A stretch of 64,000 nucleotides of DNA from Eledone cirrhosa. Lineage: Eukaryota. Below the pieces are notes generated by a model. The model made no database searches. It was not told the DNA's origin and saw only the letters and a list, made by a program, of their open reading frames with translations. Positions 13,546 through 26,888 of this stretch are shown in pieces. The stretch lies in the NCBI GenBank assembly GCA_964016885.1, contig OZ024740.1, positions 121,954,001 through 122,018,000 on the forward strand, read 5' to 3'. Within the stretch, counting starts at the first letter, position 1; every line of letters begins with the position of its first letter. A program made the position numbers and the translations under genes.

Positions 13546-16500
13546 TATAACAGGTAATTGTAAGTTCATTATTGTCATCAACGTTTCACTGAAGATTAGC
13601 AGTTTGAAATCGTGGTATACATCAACAGCTCAACTTGTTTATCTGGGGTCTATATTCTAAGGGGGCTCTTTTATAATAGTTGTAGGAGTTGTAAAAGGGA
13701 TGGGTCAGAGGGAGTTAAGAGAATTTGAAAAGGGCCTAAAGGTTAGGGATTGAAGGTTAAAAATTAAAGAATTTAAAAGTTACGCATTAAAAGTAAAAGA
13801 CTTGGGATCCCTTAAAAGCACCTTAAAAAGCACCTCAATAAGCGCATAAAGCTTATAAGCCCTAATAAACCTAAAAAAACAGAAGAGATTTAGGGAATAA
13901 AGAAATTAAAAGTTTCCTAAAAAATTCCTTCAAAAAAATTTTTATAAAAATTCCCTTAAAAATGTTAAAGAAATTTACGAAGATTTAATAATTCCTACGA
14001 ATGTTCTAAACTTAAAAGTTAGGGGAAAAAAATACTTTCAAAAAGATTTAAGAGGTTAATAAAGTTAATGATTTAGGGAATCCATAATATACAGATTAAG
14101 ATTTAAGTTAGGATTTGAAGTTTAAGAGTTCCAAACTCAGAAATTTAGAAATTTAATGAATTTAAGATTAAGAAAACTTATATATCCAAGATTAAAAATT
14201 AAAGATTAAGAGGTTGAACATTAAATTTAAACATTAATAAATAAATAGTTGAAAGAAATAAATCAATTAAAGGTTAATTCAAAAAGCCTTCAAAAAGTCC
14301 TTCAGAAAAGGTTTATTTAATATTTTTAATAGAAACCTCTTCCGAAAGACCCTTGAAAGAATTAAAAATTTAGAGAACCCTCAAAAATATATATAAATGA
14401 ATTGAGGAAAATTACAAATTAAAAATACGGAATTTGGGAGGAATTTCAAAAGGGTTGCTTCAACAGATACAACAACTTAGGTATAATACATAAAAAAATA
14501 AAGTAATTTAAGTAATATAATTAAGGAGCAATTCAAAGAGCTTATCAAGTTGGGCTCGAAGATATATAAGAAAATATAAGATATATAAGAAAATATATAA
14601 GTAAAAAGACAATAATTATAAAATGTATTTTTAAGAAGGTATTAAATAGCTTAAGTAATCTAATAATGTATTATCAAAAAATTATTAATATAGGATTAAT
14701 AATGATATTAATAAAGATAAGCATGCACAGACTTAACCGGGAGATGACATGCGAATTTGAAAATGCCACAAGAGAGATCCTTTAGATAGCATAGACGCCG
14801 GACCATACCCGCAAATATCTACATATACACCGTGATCTATCTTGAATATGCATAACTGACAGGATATAGAAGCAACATGAATAATACGACCACCATCTAA
14901 GCTAGAACCGACCCCTACTACATATAACAACAAACAAAGAGGGGACAGTCCTTAGCATTTAACCAATCGCGTGTGAACTTGGAATTGGTGAGAGGAGGGG
15001 ATAATAGCGATAGACACAATATACCACCCCAGTCAAGTTCAAAACTGGACTTTTTTTACCAATATATCCTATACACCAATATACCCTATACAACAAAACC
15101 TTGGATTTAGAACCTGCAGGCTGATCTATCGCAAACGCGTGCGATCCCAAGCATGGCTTAATAACTGGCACGACCGAAACTACATGGAAAGGATCGAACG
15201 GAGCATACCCTGCGACCACTAGCTGTTTGATCAGCAGGTCCATCTACCAGAGAGTGCACACAGCTGATAGTGAATCCCAGTTGATTCGTGAACTCGGAAC
15301 TTTTCAACAAGACCAAATGTGCCCGGAGCTATGCAGGTGATTGCATGCGCACAATGGATATCGCACCTACAATGTCACCTATATTGTTCATCTTGCTGTA
15401 TATGTGTAAAGTATCCATGTGTTGGACATCCCTGAGTAAATTTGCATGACTGTTAATTGTTTGTTAAATAGGCAGGAATATAATTTTTTTGATAATACAT
15501 TATTAGATTACTTAAGCTATTTAATACCTTCTTAAAAATACATTTTATAATTATTGTCTTTTTACTTATATATTTTCTTATTTATCATTTTCTTTCATCT
15601 TCGAGCCCAACTTGATAAGCTCTTTGAATTGCTCCTTAATTATATTATTTAAGTTACTTTATTTTTTTATTTATTATACCTAAGTTGTTGTATCTGTTGA
15701 AGCAACCCTTTGGAAATTCCTCCCAACTTCCGTAATTTTTAATTTGTAATTATCCTTAATTCATTTATATATATTTTTGAGGGTTCTCTAAATTTTTAAT
15801 TCTTTGAAGGGTCTTTCGGAAGAGGTTTTTATTAAAAATATTAAATAAACCTTTTCTGAAGGACTTTTTGAAGGCTTTTTGAATTAACTTTTAATTGATT
15901 AATTTCTTTCAACTTTTTATTTATTAATTTTTAAATTTAATGTTCAACCTCTTAATCTTTAATTTTTAATCTTGGATATATAAGATTTCTTAATCTTAAA
16001 TTCATTAAATTTTTAAATTTCTGAGTTTGGAACTCTTAAACTTCAAATCGTAACTTAAATCTTAATCTTTATATTATGGATTCCCTAAATCATTAACTTT
16101 ATTAACCTCGTAAGTCTTTTTGAAAGTATTTTCTTCCCTAATTTTTAAGTTTCGAACATTCGTAGGAATTATTAAATCTTCGTAAATTTCTTTAAATTTT
16201 TTTAAGGGAATTTTCAGAAAAATTTTTTTGAAGGAATTTTTTAGGAAACTTTTTATTTTTTTATTCCCTAAATCTCTTTTGTTGTTTAGGTTTATTAGGG
16301 CTTATAAGCTTTATGCGCTTATTGAGGTGCTTTTTAAGGTGCTTTTAAGGGATCCCAAGTCTTTTACTTTTAATGCGTAACTTATAAATTCTTTAATTTT
16401 TAACCTTCAATCCCTAACCTTTAGGCCCTTTTCAAATTCTCTTAATTCCCTCTAACCCATCCCTTTTACAACTCCTACAACTATTATAAAAGATCCCCTT

Positions 16501-16614
16501 TAGAATATAGACCCCAGATAAACAAGCTGAGCTGTTGATGTATACCACGATTTCAAACTGCTAATCTTGAGTGAAACGTTGATGAAAATAATGAACTTAC
16601 AATTACCTGTTATA

Positions 16615-16660
16615 TGCCTTGAAAAGTTCACCATATGGTCGGACGAAACGGCTGTCGGCA
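16615..16660 (+). ncRNA. Type I hammerhead, U3-A8 core variant
   Basis: TGCC-TTGAAAA-GTTC(ACCATATGGTC)GGAC-GAAA-CGGCTG-TC-GGCA, with AATAAA starting at its last base; stem III ACGGCTGT is self-complementary with G-U pairs. Confidence 0.8.
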
Positions 16661-16813
16661 ATAAACTTGTTATAATGTCATAAAAGCGCCTTTGTTTTTT
16701 TTCCTTAATATTTCTGCTCTGCTTATACGCATAGAGCTGAACTAGCTACCGTCCCATATTTGGTAGGTCAGGCGTGATCATCGTGATTTACGTACGACCT
16801 ACCATACATTTTG

Positions 16814-16850
<37 letters not shown>

Positions 16851-17016
16851 GAATGGATTCAGTTAGAAACTAACAATTACTCATCAGAGTACATGATAGT
16901 AGAGTATAATTATTTGAAAAAATCGGGACACTGACAGATCAGCTCTTGCTATTTCAGCAGCTAGTCCCGGACGCTGTTGGATAGGCATGAGGTCGGCCTT
17001 CGGGTCCCGACTATTT

Positions 17017-17088
<72 letters not shown>

Positions 17089-17193
17089 TATATTTATATA
17101 TATATATATATAACGAAGGAAATGTGGTAAGGAACCAGGTGGACCATAACGCACCAAAGTACTCAATAATTAGGGTAGTGAGTGGGTAACAGG

Positions 17194-17962
17194 AACGAGT
17201 AGGACCCCGACGGCTGAGCTAAGGCCGTTTCGACGGCTAATTCTGGACTAAACGAAAATGTATATCCTGGTATATGAATAGCCGAGCTTCTCAGCGGGTA
17301 ATTCCATATATGGAAAAAGTGATTGTCACAAGGATTGGTCAAAAGTTTGTTGTTGAGACACATAATTCTATCATGGCAATTTGTGAAGGGAAGTGGTAGC
17401 TGAACCTGCCAGTAGAAGAAAGAGGGAGAGGGGGTGGAGGAAACCCAGTCGTGCGTTGATAGTGCCAACTACAGCTGGGCAGGAGGTCAAAGAACTATAC
17501 TAGGGAGGGCGAGGGGAGGAAGTTGAAACAATAAGTAAAACAATATGGGGTAAATATATAGAAAAATGTTTTTTTAACATTCTCGGTATTTGTCTATATA
17601 TTTACCCCATACTGTTTTACTTATTGTTTCGACTTCCTCCCCCTCCCCCTCCCTAGTATAATTCTTTGACCTCCTGCCCAGCTGTAGTTGGCACTATCAA
17701 CGCACGGCTGGGTTTCCTCCAGCCCTTCTCCCTCTTTCTTCTACTGGCAGGTTCAGCTACCCCTTCCCTTCACAAATTGCCATGATAGAATTATGTGTCT
17801 CAACAACAAACTTTTGACCATTCCTTGTGACAATCACGTTTACCATATATGGAATTATCCCCTGAGAAGCTCGGCTATTTATATACCAAGATAAAAATGT
17901 TCATTTAGTCCAACATTAGCCGTCGAAACGGCTTGAGCTCAGCCGTCGGGGTCCTACTTGTT
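17194..17962. repeat. ~370-bp-arm foldback of a PLE pLTR
   Basis: 17194-17567 is the reverse complement of 17588-17962 (mirror ORFs MALSTH.. on both strands); fragments of the same family at 10832-10865 and 22338-22430. Confidence 0.9.
17857..17952 (+). ncRNA. Hammerhead-like motif with full stem III and core CUGAGAA
   Basis: ATCCC-CTGAGAA-GCTCGGCTA...TAGCCGTC-GAAA-CGGCT TGAGCTC AGCCG-TC-GGGGT; mirror copy on the minus strand at 17204-17299. Confidence 0.6.
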
Positions 17963-18224
17963 GCTATATATATATATATATATATATATAAATTACACAA
18001 TTATCAAAATTATGTTCAAATCATTTATTTGCTGACAATCGTTTCTTCCAAACTTTCGTTTGGAATCATCGGAGCATTAGCAGTGTTTGTACATATAATT
18101 AAGCTCCTATTCAACTGAACAATCATGTAGATACATATATATTGATGGTAATAAGGTAGTAAGAATTTACTGACCTTTCCTGTTTATAGTTGTTTATAGT
18201 ATATACATGACTATAAATAGTATC

Positions 18225-18308
<84 letters not shown>

Positions 18309-18344
18309 TATATCCAAATATGTGCATATTCTTGATTATACCAT

Positions 18345-21300
18345 CTGCCGTATACAGGATCCTCATGAGTTGTGGTGTGTGCGAGACAGAATATGCTCTA
18401 ATACGTGCCAAAATGATATTTCACAACAACGGTAAAATACGATCTAATGCAACAAGGTTTCATTGACGAGTAGACGTGTCGATGTTGCGGGATACGGTGG
18501 TAGGTAATGATCCGAGGAGGGCCTTTAAAGAAACTGAATTTACTGACACATAGGATCGGTTTAACACGACCGTCTTCAACACCATTTTTGAAGTACTAGG
18601 TCTCAGAAAAAAGCAACATCGGAAATGGCTTGATGAACATTATTCTCTGAACAAACAGCTATTGAAGGCAAAATAAAAAAAAATAAATGATGCTTATTCA
18701 TCGTTTCTGAGTGCTTCAGATAAAAATCGTTTTGCTTGGCTTCAGTCCTTCGAGTATACAAACCTTTGCTCGAGGGCGGAATCCCTCCGATGAAAAATAA
18801 ATGGATGTCAGATATTTTAAAGCAGATTTAGTGTGCTTACGATCGAAAGACTCCAAGGAAAAGTACCACCTGATCAATCAGGCATTTGTCCCTGGTACTG
18901 CGTCCATGGTATCACTTTGGTCCAAGGACGGGTCAGTCCGTTTCAAAATCTCGGACAGTATGGAATAGAACGTTGGAATGAGCTTTTTATTAATCCCTTT
19001 ATAATCCCTCAGAATTTAATCCAGATATTTTCATTAATGTGACTCAATTGAATATAATTCATGAGGTGACAGATCATCCTATACTGGCAGCGATCCAACA
19101 GACATTAGCGAAGATTAATTCTGGGAAGGCACGAACATGTTATTCCTATCGAAGTGTTGGTTCATGGAGGTGACAAAATTGCTGCAGAGATTTACCACTT
19201 GATTTCTGATATTTGGTCTGGTACAACTGTTGTTCAAGTCCGGATTGATATGAACCTTGTTTCCTTGTTCAAGTGAATGGCTGTCAAAATCGGTGTGTGG
19301 AAACTATGGGAGAATTTACATTGGGGCAGTGGGTAATGATTTTGAAAAACATCTCCTTAATAGGCTTACTAAGTGAATTTGCACTCCAGTGATTACGGAG
19401 AATAATTTGGCTTTTGGTCAGGCAGGGATATAATGGACATGATCATTTACTGGAGAATGATTTAGAACATCATGTGGCTTTGTACCTGAGTATTTGTTTG
19501 CCTCCATGAACAGAGCTGCTCTCTGGACCATTCCTAACAAGGTAGTATGCCCTCTGATTATCGTTAGTTTGTCCAAATAGCTAGATTGAGGGATGAAAGG
19601 GAAGATTAATTGGAATGCTTCACTGTCTGAACCATTATTCAATGTAGATAAGCAAGGGAACATTCCAGTACCAACACTGTTCTCTATCCTCTTTGTTGTG
19701 ATTCTCATGTATGTTTTTCAGAATTGTGATGCGGTAGGTTATCTGCGTTTCAAGACCATGGGAAAGGCTTTTAACTTGACACAATACAGGGCCAAATCAA
19801 ATACTTTCTTTATGTGCAAACGTTTCTTCACAAGTCTCACGTCGATGGAGGAGTGGAATGATATGCCACCTCGATCGGTTCCAAGTACATAATCAGAAAT
19901 CCACACGTGGGTGGCCCAAATCTTATCCTAACGTAGCTGCACTGTTAACCTGAACAACAACATGCTTCGGTGAATTATTTAGCATCTGAGTTGCTCTTTC
20001 TGTGGATGCACTGCTCACCAACACCTCATGGGGAGAGTCTATGAATCGTGAACCAAATAAGGCCTGTTTAGTTATCAAACTGGCCAACCCTCTGCAGTTG
20101 GTGGTTGTTCATACTAGCAGGGCAAAGGCCAAGTTATTCTATAACAAAAAGTACATTAAACCTGAACATCGGGCTTGTTTCAGAGCGAAGGAATTAAATC
20201 GGTATGGTATACACATAGCTGCATTCTCTAAATCTCAGAGAGTTGTTCTATGCTGACGATGCAGACATTATTGTTCATACCCAGGAGGATATGCAGAGAG
20301 TTATGCACTTTATTTCTGTTTTTTGTACTGCATTGGGGCTTCATATCAACACAAAAATCAAGGTCATGTACACAAACTCCTGAGCAATATTACGCTGAGC
20401 CCAACATCTTTTTTCTGGGTCACAGGTTGATGGTTGTTGATACATTTGTCAACCTTGGTAATGCACCATCCAGCGATGGTTCATTGGACTCCCAAACAGA
20501 ACTATCGATTGAAAGAGCCAGGAAACCATTCAGTAGGTTGGAAGTATGTGTCTAGCTTGACATGTTGACACTAAGATATAAGTCTAGCAATCATGTGTCC
20601 CGACTGCTCTCATGTACTCTCCTTCTGTAACTTTGGCAACATACTGACATCATATCAATACTTTAGAGAGATTCCTCCAGATCAGCTTAAAGTATATTTT
20701 GAGCATTGTGACAGTGATGACATTGTTATTCTTCAGCGGGTCTATACATCCAGCTTAGAAAAACTAATCATTCGAAACCAAATGCGTTGGGCAGGGTGTT
20801 TACATCGGATGGTAAGTGAGTGCTTCCCTAGTGAATTTGGTATGGTGAGTTAACTCATGGTAAAAGTTCCAGACACAAATCCAAGAAACATTTGAGGAAT
20901 ATTGTGAAAAGCAACCCCAACACACTTGGTATTAGAGTTAAGGATTGGGAAGACAATGCAGAGAGTAGATCTGGTTGGAGAATTCTAATTTATGATGGTT
21001 GTGATCGTTTTGACATCACAATGATGGAACGTTCAGTGTTTAAAAGAGCTCTCGAGAAAGATGATGCAGATTCGGTCATAGAAGATAACCTGTTGGATCA
21101 TGTCTGTAACATCAACGAACATGTTGTTTATTCTTGTGCCGATCTTGCTAGCAATTTAAGAGCTCACAGCCTGTGCGGTATTTGTGTCAGTTTTGCAACA
21201 AAGCATGTAGGTCTGCTATTCGACTCAAGCAGCACATGAGAGTGTAGAGGGACGAAGTTACGTTCTGGAATGTTCGAGAGCCTTGTGTGTGCCGCATCTG

Positions 21301-21350
21301 TAAAACAGTGTGCATGAGCGTAGCAGGATTGCGGAGACCTACATGCATAC
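18345..21350 (+). pseudogene. Decayed RTE-clade LINE (RT region and 3' end), rearranged
   Basis: INSGKA..IPIEVLVHGG, KQGNIPVPTLFSILF, ELFYADDADII, RNQMRWAGCLHRM, ELTHGKSSRHKSKKHLRNIVK; many stops and frameshifts. Confidence 0.85.
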
Positions 21351-22445
21351 ATACTTACACACATACACACGTACAAACATATGATTTAATAGCTTACAAA
21401 GACAAAAACATAAATCAATACAGTACAATACATTGAAACATTCGAACTCTATCACATGTTTCTGTAATCATTACATTAGCAGGTCAGTTATAATTTACTT
21501 TAATGCATCCATTATTATCCAAGTAATGCAGACTTAGTCGAATATATTAAAGTCAATTATCTGATCTTCGATGTCGAAAGGTTATGTTGAAAATTTGCCT
21601 GTGATTATTGTGAAAAGAAACATTGCAAATGGCTTGAATGGAATCCTCTTGAGAATGCTGGATTTACAAGTGCTTCGGGAAAATTCATTGCACAAAACCA
21701 ACAGTTTCGACGCATCATGAAAGGTATTATACTTAAATGCACTTTTATTGAGTGCTACACGTAATTGCAATGACGTAATACGAAAATTATTTCTTCCAAA
21801 TTACCTGAAAAATATCAATCATTTTCAACGTTATATTTGTTGTTGTTGTCATCGTTAATGTCACCGTTATTCTCGTAGCGGCTATAGCTCCATTGCTGCT
21901 TCATAAAATGGAATTTCAATCTTTTCAAAGATGATTGGTACTTCTTTATTGTTCTACATATTTCTAAAAATTTACCACACCATGGGTTGATATTTCAGTA
22001 TTACGCAATGGTGATTTACAATTATTAGGAAGGAAACAGGGCATTATATTCCACTATAGGAATATGTCCTCTAGCATTAAGTATGAATGATATCACATAG
22101 TAGTATGTTAATAGAAACAACCTTAACATTACCAGAATAATGAATGCAAGCGTGTAAAAAGAGTATGTATATATATATATATATAAATATATATATATAT
22201 ATTTATTTTATAGAAGGAGCTTCTACAGGACTAGTACTGTTTCATTCAGATGAATGAACGAGTATATATATAGGAACGAGTGGGAGCTTCTACATGACTA
22301 GTACTGTTTCATTCAGATGAATGAACGAGTATATATATAGGAACGAGTGGGACCCCGACGGCTGAGCTCAAGCCGTTTCGACGACTAATGCTGGACTATT
22401 TTAGTCCAGAATTAGCTGTCGAAACGGCTTCAAATTACTGATCTT

Positions 22446-23912
22446 GTGGGCCTCTTTCTCCTTTTCAACATAAATGCCTCCTTTCCCCACCTCAAAGGTG
22501 GTTTATATCGTGATGACTGTCTTCTTCTTTCTAACAACCTTAGCCTTTCAGAAATTGAAAAAAACAAAAAACATATTAGAACTTTCCTTAAAGACTATTA
22601 TAATCTTCATATTACTTTTGAAAAAACAAGTAAAGTAGTAAATTTCCTAGATATAACTTTAGATTTAGCTACGGGTATCTACCAACCTTACCATAAACCA
22701 AACCAAAACTTACATTACATACACTCACAATCTAATCACCCTAAATCTATCCTTAAAAACCTTGCATATAATATATCACTTAAAATTTCTAACCTTTCTT
22801 CTAACCAAGATGTATTTGATAAAAATGCGACCTTCTATAACGAAGCTCTAGATAGAAGTGGCCACAAAAATAGATTAGAATATATACCTTCTACTAAAAA
22901 TACTAAAAGCATACAACCTAATATTACCAACAAACACCAAATGAAAAGTACACACCTAAATGCCACCCACACTATACCCCAAAATACCAAATCTTCTAAT
23001 ATAAAATATAGTAACTCTCAAAAAACTACTCATCATACAACTCTAACAAATATTAATAATAAAACTCCTAATAAAAAGGATAAAACACCTAAATCTACAA
23101 ATATAACTAAAAATGGTTGTGGTGAGATCATTAACATTAATCCTCCTAGTAAACATCACGATACAACCTATAAAAATAATAAAAATAATAAACAACATAG
23201 AAACCGTAATAGACGGGTTACTTGGTATAATGCTCCATTTAATTTACAAATTAAGGATAATATTGCTAAAAAAATTTGTTATATCCTAGAGAAAAACTTC
23301 CCGCCAAACCACAAATACCATCAAATCTTAAATAGGTCTACAGTTAAATTCTCATGCTCTACAACAAATAACATAAAACAAAATATAAGTGCCTATAATG
23401 CATATAAATGTAAGAAAACCATAAGTATACCACCAGTACATCAAATTAACCATAATATCTCCTCAAATACAGAATTAACGAAAGGTTGTAACTGTAGAAA
23501 CAAAGCAAACTGCCCATTAAAAGGGAATTGTCTTGTTAACAACATAGTCTATAAATCTAATGTTAAAACTAAAGATTCTATTTGCTCATATATAGGAGCT
23601 ACCTCTAACAATTTTAAGACAAGGTTTAATACCCACAAGCATAGTTTTAAAAATGCCGCACTGGCTAATACAACATCTCTAGCAGAAAAAATCAATAGTT
23701 ATAAAAATAAGAATATAGAATATGATTTGACCTGGAGTGTGCTCAAAAGAGCCACCCCTTATAAAAATAATAGAAATGAATGTAGATTATGTTCCCAAGA
23801 ACTATTTGAAATAATGAAATCTAAGGATATCCTATTAAATAAACGACAGGAATTAATTATATCGTGTAATCATAAACTAAAAAAAATATTTAAATATTAT
23901 AAACCTAATTAA
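22446..23912 (+). CDS. PLE polyprotein C-terminal part: RT (YRDD), thumb, Cys linker, GIY-YIG endonuclease
   Basis: GGLYRDD, VNFLDITLDL, YIHSQSNHP, WYNAPF, CNCRNKANCPLKGNCL, NIVYK..YIGAT..FKTRFNTHK, CRLC; 488 codons without a stop; no true start (5' truncated). Confidence 0.92.
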   Translation: MGLFLLFNINASFPHLKGGLYRDDCLLLSNNLSLSEIEKNKKHIRTFLKDYYNLHITFEKTSKVVNFLDITLDLATGIYQPYHKPNQNLHYIHSQSNHPKSILKNLAYNISLKISNLSSNQDVFDKNATFYNEALDRSGHKNRLEYIPSTKNTKSIQPNITNKHQMKSTHLNATHTIPQNTKSSNIKYSNSQKTTHHTTLTNINNKTPNKKDKTPKSTNITKNGCGEIININPPSKHHDTTYKNNKNNKQHRNRNRRVTWYNAPFNLQIKDNIAKKICYILEKNFPPNHKYHQILNRSTVKFSCSTTNNIKQNISAYNAYKCKKTISIPPVHQINHNISSNTELTKGCNCRNKANCPLKGNCLVNNIVYKSNVKTKDSICSYIGATSNNFKTRFNTHKHSFKNAALANTTSLAEKINSYKNKNIEYDLTWSVLKRATPYKNNRNECRLCSQELFEIMKSKDILLNKRQELIISCNHKLKKIFKYYKPN

Positions 23913-24400
23913 TAACATTATTTTAGAAATTAATTTAATTTAAATGTTAGTTAACCGATAAATTTAATTTAATTAAAATTCTACTACAGATGAGAATATA
24001 AAATATTGTGTAATCATAAATTGTGAAAAACCTTTAAATATTACTAATATATACTTAGTAATTTGATTTATAGATTAATTTTAATTTATTTAAACCTTTT
24101 ATTAAAATTCCTTTACAGATAAAATATAACAAAATATCGTGTATCCAATGACAGAGAAATAATCTTTAGTATTATAGACCTAATTAATATACATTTTAGA
24201 AATATATTTATAATTTGGTTTTAAATTTAGTCAACCTAAAAATTTAATTTAATTGGCTTAAAATTAGTATCCTTATACAGACGGATTGCAGAGTGTCATG
24301 TAATCATAAAATGGGATGTGTTTTGGATGTATACCTAGTTAATATATTCTTTGCAATTTTTGAAAAAATATGTATATGTATGTATGTATATGTATGTGTA

Positions 24401-24434
<34 letters not shown>

Positions 24435-24436
24435 CA

Positions 24437-24495
<59 letters not shown>

Positions 24496-25216
24496 TAATT
24501 TTGATTTCTATTTGCATATAATTATATTCTGCTATTGATAAAATACAATATCTGTTTTATTTATTATATACCTAATTAACATATACTATAGAAATTAATA
24601 TATAATTTTTAATTTAGTTAACCTATAATTTATATTCTACTACCGATGTAATACTTTATTTGTTTTTTCCCTATTACTAAATTCATTTCCTAATATTGAT
24701 ACCATAACGTTAATAACTTTAATTTAGTTATACTATAATTAATACTCTACTACTATTTAACTTCAAAATTCTGCTTCAAATATTATAAACCTAACTAATT
24801 TACACCTTAGAAATCAATATGTTAACTATCTTTAGTTTAGTTAACATATAATTAATGGTATACTTATTTTGAAATGCATAAATTTTGCCTTATTTCTTGT
24901 ATTTCCTAACACTGAAACTATGTAAAAACATACATTGGATCCAGATACAGATAATATTCTATGTTTCTTGAAACATATATTTACTATAATCCCCTTCTCC
25001 ACCCCCACCCCCCCTTTCCCCCATACTATTATCATCTGTGTTTGTAAGCGTGTATGTATGAATATATATGTAGGTAGATGTATATATGTTTGGGTATTTA
25101 TATCTGAATATAAAAATACACATATGCGCATGCAAATAAAAATGTAAGATTGTGTGTATATATATGTGTGTGTGTGTATATATGTGTGTATATATGCATG
25201 TGTATATATATGTGCA

Positions 25217-25247
<31 letters not shown>

Positions 25248-25291
25248 GTGTATATGTGTATATGTGTGTGGGCGTGTATGTGTATGAGTGT

Positions 25292-25325
<34 letters not shown>

Positions 25326-25574
25326 ATGTATGTATGTATATATATATATATGTGTGTATATATATGTATGTCTTTCTATATATATGTCTATATTCGTATC
25401 TATGTGGGTATATGTGTGTATGTACATGTATGCACATGTATGTATGTGTTTATGTGTATATGTGTGTATGTGTATATGTGTGCGTGTGCGCACATATATA
25501 TGTGAGTGTGTGTGTGTGTGTGTGTATATGTATATATATATGTATATCTATGTGTGTATATATGTCTATATTCG

Positions 25575-25611
<37 letters not shown>

Positions 25612-26168
25612 TATTATTATAATATAACTTATGTGTATGTGTGTATATGTGAGGGTGTGTATATGTATATATATGTGTATATATATGTGTAAAAATATAT
25701 ATGTGTATGTGTGTTTTTTGTGTGTGTGTATATATATGTATGTATATATGTGTGTATGTGTGTGTTTGTATGTGTATTTATGGTTGTATGTGTGTGTGGG
25801 TCTATATATATAAATGTATGTGTATATATATATATATATATATGTGTATATGTATCTCTATTAATGTGTGTATATATGTATATGTATATACCTTTTCCTT
25901 TGTATGTCTGAGTTGTGTGAGAGTGTAGTGGTGTTTGTATGTATATACGCATATATGGATGCGTATGTATTTATATATATGAGTATATGTAAGTGCGTAT
26001 GTATGTATGAATATATATCTTTGTCTATGTATGAGTATATATGTGTGTGTATGTTTGGTGTGTGTGTATGTATGTATGTGTCTATGTGTGTATATATATA
26101 TATATATATATGTGTGTATATGTACGTATGTATGTGTATGTATGTACATGTATGTCTATGTATATGTG

Positions 26169-26201
<33 letters not shown>

Positions 26202-26728
26202 TTATTTTATATATATGTGTGTGTGTGTATGTGTGTGTGTGTATATATATCTTTATATATGTGTATGTGTATGTTCGTGTAGGTGTATGTGTGTGTATGA
26301 CTATATATGTATGTGTGTATGTGTGTATGTATGTATATGTATGTGTGTGTACATGTATGTATTTGTATGTATATGTATGTGTGTATATGTGTATGTGTAT
26401 GTATATATATATATATATATATACGTGTATATATATATATATATGTATATGTATCTCTATTTGTATATGTATATGTGTATAGGTATATACCTTTTTCTTT
26501 GTATGTCTGAGTTGTGTGAGAGTGTAGTGGTGTTTGTATGTATATACCGATATATGGATGCGTAAGTATTTGTGTGTATGTATGTATGTATGTCTGTATG
26601 TATTTGTGTGTATATATAGGTATGTATGTATATATCTGTATGTATATAAGTATGTATGTGTATGTATATGTGCGTGTATGTGTGTATATATATGTGTGTC
26701 TATATATGTATGTGTGATTATATGTGTA

Positions 26729-26759
<31 letters not shown>

Positions 26760-26847
26760 TTATATGTATGTGTGTATATGTGTGTATGTGTGTATATGTA
26801 TATGTTTATATATGTGTGTGTATGTATGTTCTAAGTGTAGATGTGTG

Positions 26848-26888
<41 letters not shown>

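Larger units (their letters stand above)
13449..16710. mobile_element. Foldback PLE-derived element: ~1.23-kb inverted arms (13449-14685 and 15480-16710) with ~0.8-kb spacer
   Basis: Arms are reverse complements with scattered substitutions; each carries an HHR next to AATAAA; (TA)n near both ends. Confidence 0.85.

Noticed and set aside
21580-21770. Possible host exon (several frames open, e.g. FACDYCEKKHCKWLEWNP)
   Set aside because: No recognisable family, no convincing splice pair or partner exons; needs RNA-seq
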